NCBI GenBank assembly: GCA_027623195.1
Contig: JAQBUT010000010.1
Location: forward strand, 26,235-90,234
Source of the DNA: Chloroflexota bacterium
GTDB taxonomy: Bacteria > Chloroflexota > Dehalococcoidia > Lucifugimonadales > JADFKI01
Direction: 5' to 3'
DNA: 64,000 bases
Part shown: positions 31,482-41,703 of the stretch, in pieces
How the letters are laid out: each line of letters starts with the position of its first letter
How positions within the stretch are numbered: position 1 is the stretch's first letter
Made by a program: the position numbers and the translations under genes
The notes under the pieces: generated by a model
What the model was told of the DNA's origin: nothing
Databases searched by the model: none
The model's input: only the letters and a program-made list of their open reading frames with translations

Positions 31482-32279
31482 ATGTCGTACGAAAACATAC
31501 TCACGGAGGTTCGTGGACGGGTCGGAATCATCATGTTGAACCAGCCTGAGAAGCTCAACCCAATGTCCAACGAAATGCAGCGTGAGAAGATAGACCAGGT
31601 CCGAAAATGGAATGATGATCCGACGGTTGGAGCCATCGTCATTACCGGTGCGGGACGCGGATTCTGCTCCGGCGCAGATATCGCCAAATTCGAAGCAGCC
31701 GTAGAACACGGGCTGGACAGCATGCCGTTGTTAAGTGCCGACGTTGAATGGCTAAATCTTGCGCGTGATTCCAAACCCATCATTTGCGCCGTAAATGGCT
31801 TGGCAGTCGGGCTCGGCGTGACCTTCACTCTGCCTTGCGACGTGCGAGTGGCGTCTACCGATGCCCGCTTCTCCTTCCGATTCGCTGGTATTGGGCTGAC
31901 CCCGGAATACGGTAGCACCCACTTTCTGCCGCACCTCGTGGGCTTGGGCAAGACTTTGGAGCTTATGCTCAGCGCCCGTTTCGTGGAGGCGCAGGAGGCG
32001 TTAGACATGGGCCTGGTGAACCAGGTCTTCCCCCCTGAAGAGTTGTTGGACCGCGCCGTGAAACTGGCGGAAGAGATGGCCCAAAACCCCGACTGGCAAC
32101 TGCGTAAGATCAAGCGGCTAATACACGAGAACTACCTGGAGCGTGATTTATCGCTAGTCATACGTCACGAGCGCGAAACTTTTCGGGAGGCGCAGGACAC
32201 GGAGGCGCACAAAGAGGCGTTGCTGGCTTTTCGCGAACGCAGGAAACCGAACTTCCACCCTGAGGGGGATTCGATATGA
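31482..32279 (+). CDS. Enoyl-CoA hydratase/isomerase family
   Basis: LNQPEKLN, FCSGAD, KPIICAVNG, GLTPEYG. Confidence 0.88.
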   Translation: MSYENILTEVRGRVGIIMLNQPEKLNPMSNEMQREKIDQVRKWNDDPTVGAIVITGAGRGFCSGADIAKFEAAVEHGLDSMPLLSADVEWLNLARDSKPIICAVNGLAVGLGVTFTLPCDVRVASTDARFSFRFAGIGLTPEYGSTHFLPHLVGLGKTLELMLSARFVEAQEALDMGLVNQVFPPEELLDRAVKLAEEMAQNPDWQLRKIKRLIHENYLERDLSLVIRHERETFREAQDTEAHKEALLAFRERRKPNFHPEGDSI

Positions 32280-32944
32280 CGGAGCGTTTGATAGGAATAG
32301 TCGCCGCTGAACCGGCATCACAGCTAGCTTTGGATGCCGTTGAGAAGGCTGGCGGGAAGCCGTGGGTCGTTTCGCCGCAGGAATCCGACGTGTCGGAACT
32401 GCTGGCCAAGGCCGGCGCGCTGGTTTTCCCAGAGGGTCCGGAGTTGACGCCGGAGGACATTGGCGTTTCGCTCTCGTTAGAGGCTGAGCTAAGCCTTATG
32501 CGCGCGGCGCTGGATGCTGACATGCCGGTATACGCCATCGGTAGAGGCTTTCAGGTGTTGAACATAGCGCAGGGAGGTTCGATCGCTGAACTGTCAGACG
32601 GTCATGCACCCGTAGAAGAAGGGGACGACGAGAAGTCGGCTTTCCACCACATCTACATATCGCCCGGCAGCAAACTTGCGGCCGTGGTGGGTTCCGGGGG
32701 CTTCGTGCGTGTCAATAGCCGCCACCGTTACGGAATTCGTGAGGCGCAAAAGGCAGGACTGCTCATGGCATCGGCGTACTGTATGGACGACGGCGTAATA
32801 GAAGCGCTTGAGGTCCCTCGCAACCGATGGGTTATAGGCGTGCAGTTCCGGCCTGAGCTTAGGCTAGAAATCCCCCCTCATTTCGACCGCCTAATGCAGT
32901 CGCTTATGGATAGGGCTGAAGAGCGTCTGCACGCCACTAAATAG
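32276..32944 (+). CDS. Peptidase C26/PuuD-like class I glutamine amidotransferase fold, catalytic residues degenerate
   Basis: AIGRGFQVLN, VNSRH, DGVIEA, GVQFRPE. Confidence 0.75.
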   Translation: MTERLIGIVAAEPASQLALDAVEKAGGKPWVVSPQESDVSELLAKAGALVFPEGPELTPEDIGVSLSLEAELSLMRAALDADMPVYAIGRGFQVLNIAQGGSIAELSDGHAPVEEGDDEKSAFHHIYISPGSKLAAVVGSGGFVRVNSRHRYGIREAQKAGLLMASAYCMDDGVIEALEVPRNRWVIGVQFRPELRLEIPPHFDRLMQSLMDRAEERLHATK

Positions 32945-33205
32945 CCGTAAAAAGGGTTTATTTTTACTGGTAAAGTTTGGTTGAATTTGCTAGTATTTAT
33001 TCATAGGACGAATGTTCCTAAAAAGTATCATTCTTTGTAACGAATATTGAGAACTCCAGCGAATAATATCTTCTTCAACCAGTTAATATCACTACCAGGG
33101 AAATTCGGGAGGGGGCGCATCAGGCCCCTTATTTGGCATTAGGCATTTTCCCCATTACGAAGACCTTGCCGTGATTTAACACGAGCTATCTCGGGAGATT
33201 TGAAT

Positions 33206-35743
33206 ATGGTGACCACGAAGACACAATTTGGATTCATTCGGTCCGCTCCGATCGAAGATGAGATGCGCAGGTCGTACCTCGATTACGCCATGAGCGTAAT
33301 CGTGTCGCGGGCGCTTCCAGACGTTCGCGACGGTCTTAAGCCGGTCCAGAGACGCATACTGTATGCCATGGACGGCCTGGGAATGCGCCCCACCGTCCCA
33401 TACAAGAAGAGCGCGCGTCTGGTCGGTGAAGTGCTCGGTAAGTATCACCCTCACAGTGACACCTCTGTCTACGACGCAATGGTCCGCATGGCGCAGGACT
33501 TCAGCATGCGGCATCCGCTGGTCGATGGGCAGGGCAACTTCGGCAGCGTGGACAACGATCCGCCTGCGGCAATGCGCTACACGGAGGCCCGCCTCAGCGC
33601 CGTTGCTGAGGAGATGCTAGTCAACATTGAACAGGAAACGGTGGACTTCATTGAGAACTTTGACGGTTCTCTCAGGGAGCCGACCGTTTTGCCTGCCAGG
33701 CTGCCCAACCTGCTAATTAACGGCGCATCGGGTATTGCTGTCGGCATGGCAACCAATATCCCGCCACACAATCCCACGGAAATTTGCAACGCGGTCATCA
33801 AGCTGATCGAAGATCCTGATGTCTCCGTGGAAGACCTGATGAAACTGGTTAAGGGGCCGGACTTCCCTACAGGCGCCACTATCATGGGTCGTGAGGGCAT
33901 TCGCAATGCTTACATGACAGGGCGCGGTCAGATAATCGTGCGCGCCAAGGCTGAGATACAGCCTATGGAGCGCGGCAACCGCATGCAGATCGTGATTAGC
34001 GAACTGCCGTATCAGGTAAACAAGGCGGCTATGGTTGAGAAGATCGCCATGCTAGCCAAGGACAAGCGCCTCGACGGTATCTCCGAGATTCGGGATGAGT
34101 CGGACCGCGAGGGCATGCGCGTAGTTATCGAGCTTCGCGCTGGCACGCAGCCTATGGTTATCCTGAACAATCTGTACAAGCTGACGCCGATGCAGAGCAG
34201 CTTCTCTGCCAACATGCTAGCGCTGGTGGGCGGCATGCCCCGAATTATCACCCTTAAGCATGCGCTACAAGAGTTCGTGGAGTTCCGTCGCGTAGTTGTA
34301 CGCCGCCGTTCGGAGTACGAGCTACAGCGGGCCAGGGAGCGAGCGCACATTCTGGCAGGTCTACGTATAGCTGTGACAAACCTGGACGCCGTCATAGCTT
34401 TGATTCGTGCGGCCGCTGATACGGAAGCTGCCCGCAATGGCCTCATGACCCAATTTGCCCTTGATGAGGCTCAGGCCCAGGCAATCCTGGACATGCAGTT
34501 ACGCCGTATCTCGTCGCTGGAGCGGGAGAAGCTGGAGAACGATTATCAGGAGTTGCAGCGGACCATCCAGGGTCTAGAAGAGCTTCTAGCCGATGCCGGT
34601 AAGGTCATGGCCGTAGTCAAGGCTGAGACCCTAGAGGTGAAGAAGAAGTTTGGTGAGCCTCGTCGGACGGACATCAGCCTGGACGCCCACGACATCAGCC
34701 GCGAGGAGCTTGAGGCCCACGAGCAGATTGTGGTTACCCTGAGCAAGGGTGGCTACGTGAAGCGAATCTCGGCGGATACGTACCGCAGTCAGCATCGTGG
34801 TGGCCGTGGCGTTGTCAGCATGAACACCAGGGACGACGATCCCGTAAACCACATCCTGGTGGTGGACACGCACGAGACGCTTCTGTTCTTCACAAACCGG
34901 GGTAGGGTGTTGAAAATGACAGCCTACGAGCTAAGGCCTGACACATCGCGCAACACCCGGGGCGTGCCTCTAGTTAACCTGATTCAGCTTTCCGACAACG
35001 AGCAGGTTAGTGCGGTGGTCGGCGTGAATGACCTGGAAGAGGAAGAGACCTTCTGCATTCTGGGCACCAAGAAGGGCAGCGTCAAACGTATGGCCCTAAA
35101 AGATATGTCCAATATTAGACCTTCGGGCATTATCATCATGAACTTACGTTCCGACGATGAGCTGGTAAGCGTCCGATTGGCCAAGGTTGAGGACGACATT
35201 ATCATGGTGTCGGAGCAGGGCATGTCCATTCGATACCCTGTCAAGGATGTTTCGCCTCGCCAGCGGGCAGCAGGAGGCCTTAAAGGCATGGTGCTGGGCG
35301 CCAAGGATCGGATAGTCGCCATGGACGTAATCAAACCCGGCAGCCAAAGCAGACTACTTGTCATCAGCCGTTTGGGCTTCGGAAAACTGACGCCTATTGA
35401 GGAGTACAGGAAACAGGGCCGAGGGGGCAAAGGCATCAAGACCTTCAACATTCGACCAAAGACAGGTCCTGTGGCCGCTGCGGAGATTGTGGATAACGGC
35501 AAAGAGGTCTACGTTGTTTCGGAGCAGGCGCAGGTGCTGCGCACGAGCCTCTCGGAAATTTCCAGCATGGGCCGCTCTACCCAGGGCGTAACCATATTCA
35601 GGCCGCAGCCAGGTGACGCCGTGGCATCGATTGCTTGTGTGAGCGACCTTGGAGACGGCGACGAAGCAGTCGTTGAACCTCCAGTTAACGGGTCCTCGCC
35701 CAACGGCAAGAAAGGTGCGTCGGGCGGCAAGAAGAAGAGCTAA
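33206..35743 (+). CDS. gyrA: DNA gyrase subunit A
   Basis: RDGLKPV, YHPH, AAMRYTE, GyrA-box QHRGGRG, beta-pinwheel repeats. Confidence 0.97.
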   Translation: MVTTKTQFGFIRSAPIEDEMRRSYLDYAMSVIVSRALPDVRDGLKPVQRRILYAMDGLGMRPTVPYKKSARLVGEVLGKYHPHSDTSVYDAMVRMAQDFSMRHPLVDGQGNFGSVDNDPPAAMRYTEARLSAVAEEMLVNIEQETVDFIENFDGSLREPTVLPARLPNLLINGASGIAVGMATNIPPHNPTEICNAVIKLIEDPDVSVEDLMKLVKGPDFPTGATIMGREGIRNAYMTGRGQIIVRAKAEIQPMERGNRMQIVISELPYQVNKAAMVEKIAMLAKDKRLDGISEIRDESDREGMRVVIELRAGTQPMVILNNLYKLTPMQSSFSANMLALVGGMPRIITLKHALQEFVEFRRVVVRRRSEYELQRARERAHILAGLRIAVTNLDAVIALIRAAADTEAARNGLMTQFALDEAQAQAILDMQLRRISSLEREKLENDYQELQRTIQGLEELLADAGKVMAVVKAETLEVKKKFGEPRRTDISLDAHDISREELEAHEQIVVTLSKGGYVKRISADTYRSQHRGGRGVVSMNTRDDDPVNHILVVDTHETLLFFTNRGRVLKMTAYELRPDTSRNTRGVPLVNLIQLSDNEQVSAVVGVNDLEEEETFCILGTKKGSVKRMALKDMSNIRPSGIIIMNLRSDDELVSVRLAKVEDDIIMVSEQGMSIRYPVKDVSPRQRAAGGLKGMVLGAKDRIVAMDVIKPGSQSRLLVISRLGFGKLTPIEEYRKQGRGGKGIKTFNIRPKTGPVAAAEIVDNGKEVYVVSEQAQVLRTSLSEISSMGRSTQGVTIFRPQPGDAVASIACVSDLGDGDEAVVEPPVNGSSPNGKKGASGGKKKS

Positions 35744-35765
35744 GCTTTCCTGAGAATTAGGAAAG

Positions 35766-35803
35766 AAAAAAGGGGCGGACCGCCGAAACGGACCGCCCCT
35801 TTT
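35766..35803. terminator. Bidirectional intrinsic terminator
   Basis: aaaaggggcgg..ccgcccctttt. Confidence 0.75.
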
Positions 35804-35830
35804 GCTTCTCAGATGTTTAACGGAATTGGT

Positions 35831-36064
35831 CTAGGCTTCGGCCTTTTGTACCACCGCGTCCATTGGCCCCCGCAGTTCAGAGAAGATAACCTGACCCGGC
35901 GCTATGGCTATTACGCCTTCCTTGATGCCTTGAGGCGTCTCCACCAGAACACGATCTCCCACCTCTAGCTCGATTCCTGAGCCATCGAAATACTGCACCT
36001 TGGCGGAGGTTTGGAAGCGCACACCGACTGTGTTGAAAAAGGGGGCGGACTTTGGATTGGACAT
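35831..36064 (-). CDS. Small protein resembling the N-terminal domain of RicT/YaaT (PSP1)
   Basis: VGVRF..K..YFD...L.VGD.VLVET..G; immediately downstream of holB. Confidence 0.6.
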   Translation of the reverse strand: MSNPKSAPFFNTVGVRFQTSAKVQYFDGSGIELEVGDRVLVETPQGIKEGVIAIAPGQVIFSELRGPMDAVVQKAEA

Positions 36065-36081
36065 TTGTTGCAGCTATTCTC

Positions 36082-37101
36082 CTAGTTAATCGTTGGCAGC
36101 GTGAGCATCATGTTTTCTAATGCGAGCCTGGGATTTACATTTCGCTCCAGATGGCTCATCGTCTCCTGCACGGCTTTAATGGCTGACGCTACAGCATCGG
36201 AGGAAAGCCCATCGGCCGCGGCCCTCAAGGCGTCCAGTCGTGAAAGGTTCGTCACCAGCTCGGTCTTGTCCTGGCTTACGACCAGCACGTCGCGCCACCA
36301 CTGCACCATCAAGGTCAACTCAGCCAATACGCCGTCCCTGTTCCTCGTGAAAGCCGTACCCAACCTCTCAGCGTAGGCGAAGCGGCCCTCAATGCTCTGC
36401 CGGAGGGTAACCTCTACGGTGTCCAGTTGGGAGGCCCGCCGCTCCAACATGTCTGAGTCTCCGGACGCCTCCAGCGCCCACCCTGGCTTTCCGCCAGAGA
36501 TTCGCGCGACCTCGTTGGCCTGCTCCCTTTCGGTCCCGAAACGTTTCACAAGCTCTTCGGCGATGATGTCCAGCGCAAGAGGGCGTAGTTCGATGCGTTG
36601 GCACCTGGATATGATGGTCGGGAGAAGGGACCCGGTGTCGGCCGTGAGAAGCAGGAAAACTACCTCTTCAGGCGGCTCCTCCAGTACTTTCAGTAGGGCG
36701 TTTGCGGCTTCTTCCGTAAGTTGCTCCGCGCCATCTACGATAAAAACGCGATACCGGCCTTCGTAGGGTTTCAGGCTGGCCTCTTTCTGCAAGTCGCGAA
36801 TCTGGTCAATGCTGATTGCAGTGCGGCCCCGCCCTTCACGTCCGGTGCCCTCCACTCGTATGGCGCGAACGTCGGTATGAAGCTGGCCCGTAATGCGCTT
36901 GCAGGGGTTGCATTCGCCGCAAGGACGTTCGTCGGCCTCACAGTTCAAGAGGCGCGCAACGTCCATGGCCAGTGTCATCTTGCCCACCTGATGGGGGCCG
37001 CTGATGAGATAGGCATGCGACACCTGTCCGGCAGCAGAGCCGCGCGAAAGCAGGTCGATGGCTTTCCGGTGGCCGAAGGTAGTCCAGTTGCCGACAGCTA
37101 T
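36082..37101 (-). CDS. holB: DNA polymerase III subunit delta'
   Basis: HAYLISGP..VGK, CxxCxxC Zn site, AANALLKVLEEPP, TIISRC; the conserved N-terminus extends to a proposed ATA start at 37101. Confidence 0.9.
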   Translation of the reverse strand: MAVGNWTTFGHRKAIDLLSRGSAAGQVSHAYLISGPHQVGKMTLAMDVARLLNCEADERPCGECNPCKRITGQLHTDVRAIRVEGTGREGRGRTAISIDQIRDLQKEASLKPYEGRYRVFIVDGAEQLTEEAANALLKVLEEPPEEVVFLLLTADTGSLLPTIISRCQRIELRPLALDIIAEELVKRFGTEREQANEVARISGGKPGWALEASGDSDMLERRASQLDTVEVTLRQSIEGRFAYAERLGTAFTRNRDGVLAELTLMVQWWRDVLVVSQDKTELVTNLSRLDALRAAADGLSSDAVASAIKAVQETMSHLERNVNPRLALENMMLTLPTIN

Positions 37102-38114
37102 TGCCCCGCCTCCTGAGGCTCTCGGGATAAGCCGAAGTCTGTGGCATAGAGATCGTCCAGCGCCATGCTCATAGGGTCGGGTAGTGGGCCCATTTCGACG
37201 GCTGCGACCGCTTCGTCGATGTGTTCAGGCATGGCAAAGCCCACCAGCACGCCCGAAACACCGGGATGCATCAAGCCGAATCGGATCGCTGTCTGAGCAG
37301 TCGAACCTTGGATATGTAATTCTTCCAGAGCCTTTCGAAGACGCGCTCCGCGTGCCATGTCCTCAACAGCGCCGGAGCCCGGCGACAGTCCCTCACCGCC
37401 TCCGGGGGGTTCCTGTCCAACGATGGCCCCCGCGGCCAACACGCGAATGTTCAAAACGGCAACGCCCTTGGCCGCTGCCAGATCGATGAGGTTCTCATAG
37501 TCATGGGCGGCAAAGCCGGAGGGCACAGGTCGTCCAGCGCTGGGGTTTAGCATGTTGTAATAGGCTTGGACAGAGTGTAATCGGCCGCTCTCTATCATCT
37601 GGTGCAGGCATGCCGTGTCGCCGAAACCCGTGAAGCCGAAGAAGCGCACCAACCCCCGGTTGCGTAGCCTCTCGAAGCCCTCCAGGACACCGTTGGGACC
37701 TAGCACGTCCTCCAGGGAAATTGACCCGCGAAACTGGCCTCTGCTGCTGGTAACCGGCGTATGGAGTTGGATCAGGTCGACGCTGCTCCTCTGGAGCCTA
37801 CGTAGGCTGGCCTCCATGGAGCGTTCGATTTCGCCAGGTATGTCGTTGAGATGGGCTTCGCCAATACTGACCTTCGTGGAGATGTGCGGGACTGCGCCCA
37901 GCTGTCGGAGAATCCAGCCCAGGTTCTCTTCCGACTGGCCGTCACCGTAGTTGGCAGCCGTGTCGATCCAGTTAATGCCGTTTTCGAGTGCCTTGCGGAC
38001 GGCTTCCAGCCGGGCGTGACGCTCCCCTCGGAAGACGGCCCCGCCCACGGCGCCGGCGCCGAAGACGATCTCCGAAATCTGTAGACCAGTGTTTCCGAAA
38101 TTACGGTATTTCAT
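37098..38114 (-). CDS. Aldo/keto reductase
   Basis: FGNTGL.IS, IDTAANYG, STK, SL.RL...VDLIQLH. Confidence 0.9.
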   Translation of the reverse strand: MKYRNFGNTGLQISEIVFGAGAVGGAVFRGERHARLEAVRKALENGINWIDTAANYGDGQSEENLGWILRQLGAVPHISTKVSIGEAHLNDIPGEIERSMEASLRRLQRSSVDLIQLHTPVTSSRGQFRGSISLEDVLGPNGVLEGFERLRNRGLVRFFGFTGFGDTACLHQMIESGRLHSVQAYYNMLNPSAGRPVPSGFAAHDYENLIDLAAAKGVAVLNIRVLAAGAIVGQEPPGGGEGLSPGSGAVEDMARGARLRKALEELHIQGSTAQTAIRFGLMHPGVSGVLVGFAMPEHIDEAVAAVEMGPLPDPMSMALDDLYATDFGLSREPQEAGQ

Positions 38115-38298
38115 AAGCCGGACCTCCCCTTAAGGTAGCCAAATGTTAGCAGATACGCTAATGTCTTAGTATCCCGTGCTCGCCGAAATCGGCTGCACGA
38201 CGTTATAGGCTTCACAAGGGTTAACCCAGCAATTCGCCCAGTGGTCGGTGATCGCGGTATGCGTCCTACACGGGCTACCTAATCCAGGAGAAGGCGTA

Positions 38299-39240
38299 AT
38301 GCGACAACGGAGTTATGGCAGAGATACCGGCCTAACGGTACGCATGATGTTTACCATGCTCATGTTGGGTCTTGTCTATGTTGCTTTCATCGGGCTGCTG
38401 TTCGCCGCCGGAATTGACCCCTTCCTGATCCTTCTGTTAGCTGCGGGGATGGCCTTCTTCCAGTACTTCATGTCCGAGAAGATCGTGCTGGCTGCAACCA
38501 GGGCTAAGGTGGTGAGCGCCGAAGAGGAGCCTCGTCTACACGCTACGATTGAGAGGCTCGCTGCCTTGGCGGACATGCCTAAGCCCAAGAAAATCGCCAT
38601 GATGGAAACCCATGTGCCAAACGCATTCGCCACTGGCCGCAGCCCCAAGCACGCTGTCATCGCTGTTACCCGGGGGCTGATGAGCCGTCTGAATGAAAGT
38701 GAGCTTGAGGCGGTTCTGGCCCACGAACTGATGCACGTCAAGAATCGTGACGTTATGGTGCTTACCTGGGCCAGCCTAATTGTCATAGCAGCCGGGTTCT
38801 TGATGCAGATGCTTTTCTGGATGAGCCTCTTCGGTGGCTTTGGGGGGATGGGAGGTGGTATGGGCGGAGGTCGCGGCCGTCGCGAGGGTGGAGGCCAGGC
38901 GATGATGGTGATGATGGCCGTGTACGTCGGCGTAATAATCATCTACTTCCTGAGCCAGCTTCTTATCATGGCACTGTCACGCTACCGCGAATACGCTGCC
39001 GATAGGGGCGGCGCGATCATTACCGGTGCGCCTATGCAGCTAGCCTCGGCACTGCAGAAGATCAGCGACGACATGTACCGAATACCGGAGAAGGACATGC
39101 GCCAGGTTGAGCATGCCAACGCGTTTTTCATCATACCCGCGCTCAAAGGCAATTCCATGGCGTCGATGTTTTCCAGCCATCCATCAGTGGAGAAGCGCAT
39201 TGAGCGTCTCCAAAACATTCAGCGACAACTAGAACGATAG
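38299..39240 (+). CDS. htpX: Zinc metalloprotease HtpX (M48)
   Basis: PNAFATG, HELMH, SRYREYAAD, SHP. Confidence 0.92.
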   Translation: MRQRSYGRDTGLTVRMMFTMLMLGLVYVAFIGLLFAAGIDPFLILLLAAGMAFFQYFMSEKIVLAATRAKVVSAEEEPRLHATIERLAALADMPKPKKIAMMETHVPNAFATGRSPKHAVIAVTRGLMSRLNESELEAVLAHELMHVKNRDVMVLTWASLIVIAAGFLMQMLFWMSLFGGFGGMGGGMGGGRGRREGGGQAMMVMMAVYVGVIIIYFLSQLLIMALSRYREYAADRGGAIITGAPMQLASALQKISDDMYRIPEKDMRQVEHANAFFIIPALKGNSMASMFSSHPSVEKRIERLQNIQRQLER

Positions 39241-39273
39241 GACTCGGCTTACCTACCGTAATCGGAGCGACCA

Positions 39274-39843
39274 TTGGGAATACTCAGCACGCTTTTCGGA
39301 CGTAACAAGATCAAGATGCCCCAGCGAGACCGGTTCTTCACCGTAATTACCGCTGAGCAGGCCTTACGAGAGCGTACGGACGTTCGCGGAACTCACAAGG
39401 CTGGCATTGTGTTCAATCCGGTAGAATCGACGTTCTTCACCAATCTGGACACCGAGCTTCGCAGTTTGTTGAAGATCAGTGGCGCGGAGACGGGAACTCA
39501 GTTTCAAATCAAGGACGACACCTTCGGCACGCGTTGGGTGTCCCTGGAAGATGAGCATTTCGAGGACCTGGTTTCAACTATCCACCTGGTGAGCGAGACG
39601 ATAGACGAGCACGGCTTTGGCGACCGCATGCTGGCGGCGGTGTTCGGCATCGAGTACGAGAACAAGAAGGCTTACTGGATATTTAGCTTCAAGCGGGGCA
39701 GCTTTTACCCCATGGTGCTAACCGGACCTCAGACGCGAGACAACGCGGCGGAGATGAGGCTAAGCGCGCTTATGGAAACGGAGAAGATTCCTGTGGACCG
39801 AAGCATGGAGAGTTGGTACTCCCTCTGGGGCATTCCTTTTTAG
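39274..39843 (+). CDS. PspA-associated protein PspAB-like
   Basis: MGIL..LFGR, FKRGSFYP, RDNAAE, WYSLWGIPF; follows htpX and lies next to pspA. Confidence 0.7.
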   Translation: MGILSTLFGRNKIKMPQRDRFFTVITAEQALRERTDVRGTHKAGIVFNPVESTFFTNLDTELRSLLKISGAETGTQFQIKDDTFGTRWVSLEDEHFEDLVSTIHLVSETIDEHGFGDRMLAAVFGIEYENKKAYWIFSFKRGSFYPMVLTGPQTRDNAAEMRLSALMETEKIPVDRSMESWYSLWGIPF

Positions 39844-39938
39844 TTTTGGATTGTCCGGCAGGGCAATGCAGCGAGACGGGAGTGGCATTCAGGGCGGTAC
39901 GATCTCAACCAGGCGAGGGGTTTCCTAAAGGCAAATGC

Positions 39939-39971
39939 TAAGAGGGGCTACTATTACGGTAGCCCCTCTTA
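39939..39971. terminator. Bidirectional terminator
   Basis: taagaggggctac..gtagcccctctta between convergent operons. Confidence 0.7.
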
Positions 39972-40006
39972 TTTATTCCTAGTCTTATATAGGGTAGTTA
40001 ATGAAA

Positions 40007-40285
40007 CTAACCGGGGACGATGCCTTCGCCGGTGAAGACTTCCTCGGCTTCGATCAGGGTGATGTCCGGCTCCGGAAGCATCAGGTCCGATTCCACGATC
40101 TCGTCGTCCGGTACGGCGGTGCCGTTCTCACGCACAAGGTCGAGCATCTTCTTGAGTAGCGTTGCGAACTCGGTCTCGTTCTCCTGCGCCACGACCTCCA
40201 CCAGTTCGTTGTCGATCTTGTTGAGTTCGTCGATGAATGCGCCGGGCAGGTCGTACTGGCCCTCGGTCATAATGCGTACGATCAT
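40007..40285 (-). CDS. PspA-associated protein PspAA-like
   Basis: MIVRIMTEGQY..LN.ID..SDL.LP; start overlaps the pspA stop. Confidence 0.75.
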   Translation of the reverse strand: MIVRIMTEGQYDLPGAFIDELNKIDNELVEVVAQENETEFATLLKKMLDLVRENGTAVPDDEIVESDLMLPEPDITLIEAEEVFTGEGIVPG

Positions 40286-41016
40286 TAACTTTCACCGCCC
40301 GTCAGAGCTTGCTTCTCGCCGGAGGGCAGGCTGGAGCGTAGTGCCGCCAATTCGTCCTCTACATTCGCAGCCGCGGTAAGCTGTGCCAGTTCTCGACCGA
40401 TAGGGTCTTTGCGGTCTGTGAAGTCGTCCAATACGCCAGAAGCGGCTAGCTCGTCGATAGCACCGGCCCTGGCCTGCAGCTTCTCAGTCTTGGTCTCGGC
40501 TCGCTCAACAGCAAGAGATATGTCGCCCATCTCCTCTGACAGGCCAGACAGCGCCGATCCTATGCGTACCTGGGCCTGTGCTGCGCTGTATTGGGCTTTT
40601 ATCACTTCTTTCTTGGTTCGGAAGGCGTTGACCTTGGATTGAAGGCGTTGCTGCATGTGAGTCAGCTTTTCCTGCTCCATCTCCATGTCGTCGATCTGCT
40701 TGTCCAGTCCCTCCAGTTCGTAGAGGGACGTCTGCTTGCGCTGTAGCGCTAGGCGAGCTAGGTCCTCCCGATTCATCTCCATGGCCTTACGGGCCTGGAC
40801 ATCCATCTCGGCAATGCCGTTCTTCACCTTGCTGGCCTGGTTCTGCAGCATAACTTTGGCCGTGACCATCTTCGTTACGTTCTCGCGGACCTTGCGCAGG
40901 GAGTCCAGTTGCTTCTCGTAGGCGTAGTCCAACGTCTCGTTGGGGTTCTCCGCGTCGTCGATGATGCGGTTCATCTTGGCTTTGACGACTGTGGACATTC
41001 TAGATAACAGTCCCAT
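40285..41016 (-). CDS. pspA: PspA/IM30 (ESCRT-III-like) family protein
   Basis: MGLLSR..., ENP..TLD, EDLARLAL, long coiled coil, VEDELAAL. Confidence 0.9.
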   Translation of the reverse strand: MGLLSRMSTVVKAKMNRIIDDAENPNETLDYAYEKQLDSLRKVRENVTKMVTAKVMLQNQASKVKNGIAEMDVQARKAMEMNREDLARLALQRKQTSLYELEGLDKQIDDMEMEQEKLTHMQQRLQSKVNAFRTKKEVIKAQYSAAQAQVRIGSALSGLSEEMGDISLAVERAETKTEKLQARAGAIDELAASGVLDDFTDRKDPIGRELAQLTAAANVEDELAALRSSLPSGEKQALTGGES

Positions 41017-41066
41017 TTCCACCTCTCACGTATATGCGGCTTCACTTTCTATCCGCGACCGGTCAA

Positions 41067-41267
41067 TCAGAAACTAGAGTCGCGATTTTTTAGCATGCCC
41101 ATTACTCCCATGACGCCGACTATGATTCCCACTATTATTAGCCCATAGCCAAGCACATTGAGAATGAGGGTGACTAGCCAGGTAATGGCATTGGACTGGA
41201 CGATGAGTCCCAATATGATGAGAATGATCGCCGCTAGTACAAGACTGCTGCTTCCTAGCCTTCGCAT
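41067..41267 (-). CDS. Small two-TM membrane protein
   Basis: Two hydrophobic helices, SD GGAGG, upstream of pspA. Confidence 0.7.
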   Translation of the reverse strand: MRRLGSSSLVLAAIILIILGLIVQSNAITWLVTLILNVLGYGLIIVGIIVGVMGVMGMLKNRDSSF

Positions 41268-41703
41268 GAGGAGTCCTCCGATTGCTAGAGTTTGGTTAAA
41301 TAAGGGTCGTAATTATTATAACGCACGAAAAGACGCGAAGGCTGTATGCGGCATTTTTCTATGGCCGCGAACGAACCCGGCCTGCTGAACCCCCGGTTGG
41401 TGAGAGGTATTCCGGCACATGCCTTAGTGTCCTGGGCCATGGGCAGTAGCGCGAATCTCATTATATTTGGGCAAAGCCAAGGGGATGTTTTGGAAAAGGT
41501 AATGCCAATGCTCGGCAGCCTCAGTTCGGCTCTCCGAGTGATATGGCACGGCACAGGTCTTAGGGAAAATCTTTCCTAGCTAGGAAATCTGTTATATTAC
41601 ATGAGGCCATATGACACAAGTCTGGCATTGCGTCCATGAATTTCCTTAGCTGGGCGCGGATGGTTGTGTTGGACATACAAAAGATAATAATTAAGGAGCG
41701 GGA

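Noticed and set aside
38830..38900. Gly-rich repeat in htpX
   Set aside because: Ordinary low-complexity loop of HtpX
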